From Planctomycetales bacterium (lineage in GTDB: Bacteria > 4484-113 > JAFGCY01), in NCBI GenBank assembly GCA_022646745.1, contig CP060262.1:870001-902000 (forward strand): 32,000 nucleotides of DNA. The letters are read 5' to 3'. Both the position numbers and the translations under genes were made by a program. Under the pieces are notes generated by a model. The model saw only the letters and a list, made by a program, of their open reading frames with translations, did no database searches and had not been told where the DNA came from. Each line of letters starts with the position of its first letter. Position 1 is the stretch's first letter. Below, one piece after another: positions 1 to 4,962 of the stretch.

Positions 1-2
1 AC

Positions 3-704
3 GTGATGCAGGCTGCACAGCTGGCATCCGCGGGGATCGGCGAGGCCGCCACACAGTCGCTTCAGCATGAACGGCCGGCTGGCTGGCGCTCGAAGGAGTT
101 GCCGGGCCACGGCTACTGGGTGAATGTACGCGTCCGCCCGGTGGATGACCCGACTGGCCTCACACAGGAGGTGCTGGTTTCATTGGATGGCCGCGAGCGG
201 GATGCGCTGTACTGCGACAACATCACCCGCGGCTACCAGCAGGACGGGAACTTCATCTCCGCCTGGCATGTGCGCAACCTCGTCTGGGTGGTGAAGGATG
301 ACGCGCTGGATGAGCTGCTCTCCGGCGAGCCCTGGACGATTGAGCATCCCAAAGGAAGTTCAGACTGGCCGCAGGGCATGACCCATGCGGCCTTTGAGCG
401 CATCATTGGGAAGAGCACGAAGCTGACCGCCGGCGAGCTGCACATCTTCTGCTACAGCGACGCCGGCGACAGGCTGGAGATCGACATTGATGAGGTTGAC
501 AACAGCTACCGGGTGCAGGCGATGCTCGCCCCGGACCTGCCGCTGGCCGGCAGCCTGCTGAAGGAAATCGATGTGGACTCACGGCACAGTGACTACGCCG
601 AACTGACCCTGCAGGCCCGCCCGGGAGCGATCGGCTGGCTGGACCCCTTTGGCAACACGGTGGTGCTGGCCCCCGCAAGGGCCTCGGAACAGGAGGAGAA
701 GTGA
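3..704 (+). CDS. Hypothetical protein, member 1 of a tandem paralogue family (probably 5'-truncated by the window edge)
   Basis: The frame is open from the window edge and there is no signal peptide, so the true start is probably upstream. The TGA at 702-704 overlaps the next gene's start. It shares the ordered motif set (HGYWVNVRVRPVDDPTG ... ELHIFCYS) with the three downstream genes. Confidence 0.6.
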   Translation: MMQAAQLASAGIGEAATQSLQHERPAGWRSKELPGHGYWVNVRVRPVDDPTGLTQEVLVSLDGRERDALYCDNITRGYQQDGNFISAWHVRNLVWVVKDDALDELLSGEPWTIEHPKGSSDWPQGMTHAAFERIIGKSTKLTAGELHIFCYSDAGDRLEIDIDEVDNSYRVQAMLAPDLPLAGSLLKEIDVDSRHSDYAELTLQARPGAIGWLDPFGNTVVLAPARASEQEEK

Positions 705-1519
705 TGAAGCGGATGATGATGGCAATCACCGCCGGGCTGGCCGGCGGGCTGCTGCTGGCGAACCTGGCAACAGCGCAGGACGAGCTGGAGGGCAAGCAAC
801 CGCAGCCCGTCGGCGATGTCGGCTACCAGAGCTACACCGTGGAACTGCCGCGCAGGGCCTGGACGATCGGCATGCAGCTGCATGATGAGAATGGCGAGAT
901 AAGCGAGCAGAGCATCACCGTACTGGACGGCTTCGTGGCGGAGGCCATGAGCAGCAGCATGCGTGGCTACCAGTTGGACGACGAAAGCATGGGACAGGCT
1001 GTGGCGTATAAGTTCCAGATCTGGTTCGTGCCGGACAGCAAGCTTGAGGAATGGCAGGCTGGCGAGAAGGAGCGGGCTTACTTCGATCCATCCGGCCAGG
1101 CCATGATGAGCAGCACTGCAGAGAGCACCGGCCCCGGGGACGGGCAGCCGATGGGGCGGTACTTCAGTGATGACAATGGCCGCCGCGAGCTGCTGCTGGC
1201 CAATGCGCAGGAAATCCGCGTGGACGAGCTGCACATCTTCATCTATGCGCCGGAATACCCGCGGATTGACTTAAGCGTTGACAAGCTGGACTACCGGCAC
1301 TTCATCAACGGAGTTTTCAGCGAGGATGAGGACGTCTTGAAGGCCGAGGACATCCCGTTTGAGCTGGAGAAGATCGAGAGACCGAGCCATATCGCGGATA
1401 TCGTGCTGTTCACGGCGGGCGAGGACCTCGGCTTCATCACGGCGGATGGCGTTCGGATCGGCGATGAGCACTGGGGAAAGGCAGTGGAAGAAGTGGAGGA
1501 AGTGGAAGAAGTCAAGTAG
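704..1519 (+). CDS. Secreted hypothetical protein, tandem family member 2
   Basis: ATG 704 follows AGGAGGAG (691-698) and overlaps the upstream stop (GTGATG). The signal peptide is MKRMMMAITAGLAGGLLLANLATAQDE. Family motifs are RAWTIGMQLHDENGE and ELHIFIYA, and the tail is acidic (EEVEEVEEVK). Confidence 0.75.
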   Translation: MKRMMMAITAGLAGGLLLANLATAQDELEGKQPQPVGDVGYQSYTVELPRRAWTIGMQLHDENGEISEQSITVLDGFVAEAMSSSMRGYQLDDESMGQAVAYKFQIWFVPDSKLEEWQAGEKERAYFDPSGQAMMSSTAESTGPGDGQPMGRYFSDDNGRRELLLANAQEIRVDELHIFIYAPEYPRIDLSVDKLDYRHFINGVFSEDEDVLKAEDIPFELEKIERPSHIADIVLFTAGEDLGFITADGVRIGDEHWGKAVEEVEEVEEVK

Positions 1520-1601
1520 TCAACGAGTCAATGTGTCAACTGCGAGACACCGAGCTGTCGCATATTGACCCATTGACTAGGCGACTAAGTGACTTTATTA
1601 C
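1511..1601 (+). repeat. Composite 8-nt-period word array: (GTCAA N3)x4, ~26-nt spacer, (TGAC N4)x5
   Basis: GTCAA starts at 1511, 1519, 1527 and 1535. TGAC, with degenerate CGAC and TTAC, starts at 1566, 1574, 1582, 1590 and 1598. The stop codon TAG 1517-1519 lies inside the first array. GTCAATGTGTCAA (1527-1539) is complementary to TTGACCCATTGAC (1566-1578) at 12 of 13 positions. Confidence 0.8.
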
Positions 1602-1617
1602 TCCTAAGCCGCCGGAC

Positions 1618-1663
1618 ATCCAGGGCGGGGATTGAGCCGCAGGCGAGATCCACGGGCGGGGAT
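1618..1663 (+). promoter_or_regulatory. Direct repeat ATCCA(C)GGGCGGGGAT x2 upstream of the 1703 gene (candidate operator)
   Basis: ATCCAGGGCGGGGAT is at 1618-1632 and ATCCACGGGCGGGGAT at 1648-1663. The GGGCGGGGAT cores are 31 nt apart (about three helical turns). The repeat lies 40-85 nt upstream of ATG 1703. No function is known. Confidence 0.3.
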
Positions 1664-1702
1664 GTCAAATCGGCCGGCGGCGAAGAACGTATGGAGAATG
1701 AA

Positions 1703-2428
1703 ATGAAACTGATTCTGGCAACACTTGTGGCAATACTGATGGCAACCGCAGTCGCACTGGCGGAAGAGCCGACGGGAGTCAGCGAGAAGACGGAGATTGA
1801 TAAATCCATAGCTTACATGGACATGGACCAGTTCAGCGAAGAGCATTACCCTGTGCCGGGTGAAACCCGGGGCCTGTGGCATTTAAGGATCAGTGTGTAT
1901 GACGGAGAATCCAGCTCCCCCTTCAGTGAGAACATCATGTATCTCAATCCACACATGCCCGCCACTGCGACAGCCGGCAATCCGGGCTGGCAGTTCAGCC
2001 CAATGATCACCGATCCCGTTGACAGGCTGGGCACCGTGATCTGGATGGTCCCGGCTGGGCTGGATGCTGACTTCCAAGAGCACGGTCACCTTGACCTGCC
2101 AGAGCTGATCATTGGGGATGCACCTGCTGCGATGCCAACGCAGAAGCGCGAGCTGTTTGAGCAGCTGCTTGGGCGCAGTCAGCACATCCAGGTTGCCAAC
2201 CTGCATCTCTACCTGTTCAGTCCCTATAGGGGTCGTGCCGAAATCAGCCTCGGTTGGGAGGACAAGGACAGGACACAGGCAACCCGTCCGCCGGAATTCT
2301 ATCGCACAGCAGAACAGCGCGAGGCGGAGGAAGCCGCCGGGCTGAAACACGAGCGGGGAGCGATCCCAGTAGCGGACATCACCGTGTACTTTTCCAACGG
2401 CGGTGAGTGGGCCGGCGGCGACCACTGA
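1703..2428 (+). CDS. Secreted hypothetical protein, tandem family member 3, with a C-terminal GGEWAGG tag
   Basis: ATG 1703 is preceded by GGAGA (1693-1697). The track ORF starts at GTG 1589, but that extension is R/S/G-rich and runs through the intergenic repeat array. The signal peptide is MKLILATLVAILMATAVALAEEP. Motifs are RGLWHLRISVYDGES, WMVPAGLDADFQEHGHLDLP and NLHLYLFS, and the protein ends ...YFSNGGEWAGGDH. Confidence 0.75.
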   Translation: MKLILATLVAILMATAVALAEEPTGVSEKTEIDKSIAYMDMDQFSEEHYPVPGETRGLWHLRISVYDGESSSPFSENIMYLNPHMPATATAGNPGWQFSPMITDPVDRLGTVIWMVPAGLDADFQEHGHLDLPELIIGDAPAAMPTQKRELFEQLLGRSQHIQVANLHLYLFSPYRGRAEISLGWEDKDRTQATRPPEFYRTAEQREAEEAAGLKHERGAIPVADITVYFSNGGEWAGGDH

Positions 2429-2473
2429 CCATCTGACTGATTGACTAATTGACTTTGTGACTCTTTGACTTAC
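2426..2473 (+). repeat. (TGAC N4)x6 exact 8-nt-period array between a stop codon and the next RBS
   Basis: TGAC occurs at 2426, 2434, 2442, 2450, 2458 and 2466. The first TGA is the stop codon of the upstream gene. The array ends just before GGAGAGGG (2475-2482) and ATG 2488. Confidence 0.85.
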
Positions 2474-2487
2474 AGGAGAGGGACATC

Positions 2488-4089
2488 ATGAAACTGACAG
2501 GGATTCTGGCAATTGCCGTGGCAATGCTCTGCGCCGTCCATTCCACCGTACTGGCAGAGGAGCCGGACCGACAGACTGGCAAGTACTTCCACGTGACGCC
2601 TGAGGAGATGGAGGCGCGGCTGGCCGCCCAGTGGTGGCGCAAGGCCGGCGACCGGGTGCTGCCTCCGGCTGTCGAGCGGGAGGGAACCTGGATCCTCACG
2701 CTGGACCTGCAGGACGAAGGCGGCAGGCAGCTGCATCAGTCTGAGATGCTGATCCAGGCCAACAGTTTTGCCAGCAGCAAGTCCCTGCCGGTTTCCGGGC
2801 AGTATTCCGTCGGTGACTTCACCACGCTTGATGACTACCGCTTCCTGCTGTGGGCCTTCCCCTCGCAGTATGACGAGACCTTCCGCGAGTACGGCTACCT
2901 CGACTGGCCGAGCGGGCGGGAGGGCGTGAAGGTGACACGTGCGGATGGCAGTGAGATCGATCTCGGCCGGCCTGATCTGAGCGAGGAGCAGGTGCAGGAA
3001 CTGTTTGCGCAGATGCTCAAGCGGGCTGCGGTGCTGGAGTATGACGGGATGCGGATGTACATCTTCTCCAATGAGGCCAGACAGGCGCATATCAGGCTGG
3101 ACTGGGATGCCGGCATCAATCCGCAGCCCGTCACCAGCCCCGGGGCGAATGAGCAGCGTGTGGCCGAAATGAAGCAGCGTGCCATTCCGGCTGCGGAATT
3201 CACTCTCTACCTGGCTGGAGGCGAATGGGCTGGCGGAGAGACAGTGGCCGGTGGTGAGTGGTCAAGTGGAGGCACGATTGCCGGCGGTCAGTGGTCAGGC
3301 GGCGGCACGATTGCCGGTGGTGAATTCGCCGGTGGAGGCGATGTCGCTGAGACTGACACGGATGGTGGAGAGTGGGCCGGTGGCGGTGATTCTGCCAGCA
3401 GCAATGGGGGCCAGTGGGCCGGCGGCGGCGATCAGTTTGCCAATGCGCATCTGGCGGTGCAGGTGATGCAGGCGGAGAAGCGCGGCGATTTCAAGCCGAG
3501 CACCAGTGTTGCCGACAGGAACTGGTGGAGCAGCCTTGATCCGTCCATCCGGCCCGACCCATACACCAGCCAGGGCCGCTGGCTGCTGGACTTCAACCTG
3601 ATGGACGAGACGGGGCGGGTTGTCAGCGAAAGCAGCCTGCAGCTGATTGAGGGCTTCCCGGCACAGCTGAGCAATGTGCGCGGGCGCGGACAGGACAGCG
3701 ACCCGGACTATGGCAATCTCGAGGACTACTACCTGCTGGCCTGGGTGATCCCGGATGAACTGAATGCGGATTTCCTGCAGAGCGGCTACCTGGACTGGCC
3801 GGTACCCAATAGCGACAGGCTGGTTGTCGGGGAGGACGGTCAGTACATCGAAAGCAGCCCGCCGCAGCTCAAAGATGAACGGAAGCTTGCCCTGTTCAGC
3901 GAGGCGATGTCACACGCACACCACATGCTGATGGAAGGCCTGCACTTCTATGTGTTCTCCCCGCAGTCGGCATCCGCTGACTTCGAGCTGAAGTGGCAGG
4001 ATGGCATGCAGGGTGGCAATACCCGCGATGTTGCCAGCTTCAGTGTGAACTTTGCCAACGGCGGTGAGTGGTCTGGCGGGGAAAGCTAG
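2488..4089 (+). CDS. Secreted hypothetical protein, tandem family member 4 (two domain copies joined by an aromatic-glycine repeat linker)
   Basis: ATG 2488 has a GGAGAGGG RBS. The signal peptide is MKLTGILAIAVAMLCAVHSTVLAEEP. Two copies of the family motif set are present (EGTWILTLDLQDEGG..MRMYIFS and QGRWLLDFNLMDETG..GLHFYVFS). The central GG[EQ][WF]xGG repeats are encoded at 3217-3429, and the protein ends ...FANGGEWSGGES. Confidence 0.85.
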   Translation: MKLTGILAIAVAMLCAVHSTVLAEEPDRQTGKYFHVTPEEMEARLAAQWWRKAGDRVLPPAVEREGTWILTLDLQDEGGRQLHQSEMLIQANSFASSKSLPVSGQYSVGDFTTLDDYRFLLWAFPSQYDETFREYGYLDWPSGREGVKVTRADGSEIDLGRPDLSEEQVQELFAQMLKRAAVLEYDGMRMYIFSNEARQAHIRLDWDAGINPQPVTSPGANEQRVAEMKQRAIPAAEFTLYLAGGEWAGGETVAGGEWSSGGTIAGGQWSGGGTIAGGEFAGGGDVAETDTDGGEWAGGGDSASSNGGQWAGGGDQFANAHLAVQVMQAEKRGDFKPSTSVADRNWWSSLDPSIRPDPYTSQGRWLLDFNLMDETGRVVSESSLQLIEGFPAQLSNVRGRGQDSDPDYGNLEDYYLLAWVIPDELNADFLQSGYLDWPVPNSDRLVVGEDGQYIESSPPQLKDERKLALFSEAMSHAHHMLMEGLHFYVFSPQSASADFELKWQDGMQGGNTRDVASFSVNFANGGEWSGGES

Positions 4090-4091
4090 AC

Positions 4092-4122
4092 GAGCAATGA
4101 GCAATGAAGATTGAGCAATGAG
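4092..4122 (+). repeat. AGCAATGA word array placing TGA every 7 nt directly after a stop codon
   Basis: TGA occurs at 4098, 4105, 4112 and 4119 (exact 7-nt spacing, so all three frames are hit) within GAGCAATGAGCAATGAAGATTGAGCAATGAG. The array begins 3 nt after the TAG stop at 4087-4089. Confidence 0.7.
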
Positions 4123-4707
4123 CCCAGAAGCAGAATGAGAATGAGAAGCAGAAGGAGGATGAGCAGACGGAGCGCGTAGCGCAGCCATGCGAAGGATTGG
4201 CAAAGCTGCGCATGGATCGAAGGCGGAATGGGAGGTGCGCAATCACGCCTGCGGCGTGACGCACAATGGGATGGAGGATGGGGGGCAGCAGAAACAGAAT
4301 GAGAACGAGAAACGGGACCGGCGTCACCCGGTGACGCCAGCACGCTTTCTGCGGCATTCGAGCAAGATCTTACGCGAGTTAGGCAGCGATTTGCATTCTT
4401 CGTGCCTTCGTGACCAGATCATGGTTGTGTGAACCACCAAGCCACCAGGACACCAAGATAGAGCCGATTGTTGCCATTGTTGTTTGACACGATTACTTGG
4501 CAGCATCCACTTCATGGCGCGAAGCGCGCGCCGGTACGGTCATTCTTTTGGCCCCCCCTTGAACTGCTTAGCGCCTTAGCGTCAAACAGAACCATGCCGG
4601 ATTTCCTCGTTGCCAGTCCAGTGCAGCGAGGGATGCCAGTACAGGTAAGGAAGTATCCGGCGGCAGGGCGCAGCCGCAACTGACAACTTCTTCCACTTCT
4701 CCTCTGA

Positions 4708-4734
4708 TCCCCGGTCCCCGGTCCCCGGTCCCCG
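4708..4734 (-). repeat. Heptamer tandem repeat (TCCCCGG)x3.9, giving the G-quadruplex motif GGGGACCGGGGACCGGGGACCGGGG on the minus strand
   Basis: Read directly. There are four G4 tracts with 3-nt loops on the minus strand, 4 nt downstream of the stop (4738-4740) of the minus-strand operon. The 8-bp inverted repeat CTGACAAC (4680-4687) / GTTGTCAG (4734-4741) brackets it. Confidence 0.8.
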
Positions 4735-4737
4735 TTG

Positions 4738-4962
4738 TCAGACTTTCGTCTGACCTCCAGGCTTGTTCAGGTAGAAGAACAGCATCACGAGTGCGATGCC
4801 CATCGGCAGGGCCAGCTTCATGGCGGTGAATTCCATCAGGTCCAGCCCGGCCGTGCCGCGGCGGAATTCAAAGAGGAACATCACGCCGCACCAGAGCATC
4901 ACGGCCGTTGCCAGCAGCAGCAGCCACCAGCGCTTCTGCCTCTGCGGATCAAGCAGTGCCAT
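4738..4962 (-). CDS. Small (74 aa) two-TM membrane protein, hypothetical
   Basis: ATG 4962 is preceded on the minus strand by GAGGAAG with 6-nt spacing. Two hydrophobic helices are present (WWLLLLATAVMLWCGVMFLF and LALPMGIALVMLFFYL). Third-position GC is high like its neighbours. It overlaps the pyrC stop by 14 nt. No homology was recognised. Confidence 0.5.
   Translation of the reverse strand: MALLDPQRQKRWWLLLLATAVMLWCGVMFLFEFRRGTAGLDLMEFTAMKLALPMGIALVMLFFYLNKPGGQTKV

Noticed and set aside
1589-1702. N-terminal extensions of track ORFs (1589-1702, 19620-19742, 21789-21803, 29092-29142, 28997-29098)
   Set aside because: The extensions use GTG or TTG starts without an RBS, are Arg/Ser/Gly-rich, and precede an internal ATG that has a good RBS and starts a canonical signal peptide or lipobox.
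2426-2473. Considered whether the periodic arrays (1511-1601, 2426-2473, 9227-9255, 30946-31045) are a CRISPR array
   Set aside because: The units are 8 nt with no spacers of CRISPR size. CRISPR repeats are about 23-50 nt and are separated by unique spacers of similar length. There are no cas genes.
4040-4683. Short ORFs in the 650-nt gap (4040-4357 -, 4086-4343 -, 4187-4432 +, 4324-4515 -, 4468-4683 +)
   Set aside because: Their translations are dominated by low-complexity runs produced by the tandem nucleotide words (FCFSFSFCF, LLILLLLLILILLL). They overlap each other and have no RBS or recognisable motifs. The region is treated as non-coding.
4090-4737. Looked for housekeeping ncRNAs (tmRNA, RNase P RNA, SRP/4.5S RNA, 6S) in the long gap
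   Set aside because: No conserved cores were found. There is no GGAAGGAAGCAGCC-type SRP domain IV, no AGGAAAGTCCGGGC RNase P P4 motif and no tRNA-like tmRNA ends. Only a weak AGGTAAGGAAGTA resemblance occurs at about 4645-4660. A covariance-model scan is still advisable.
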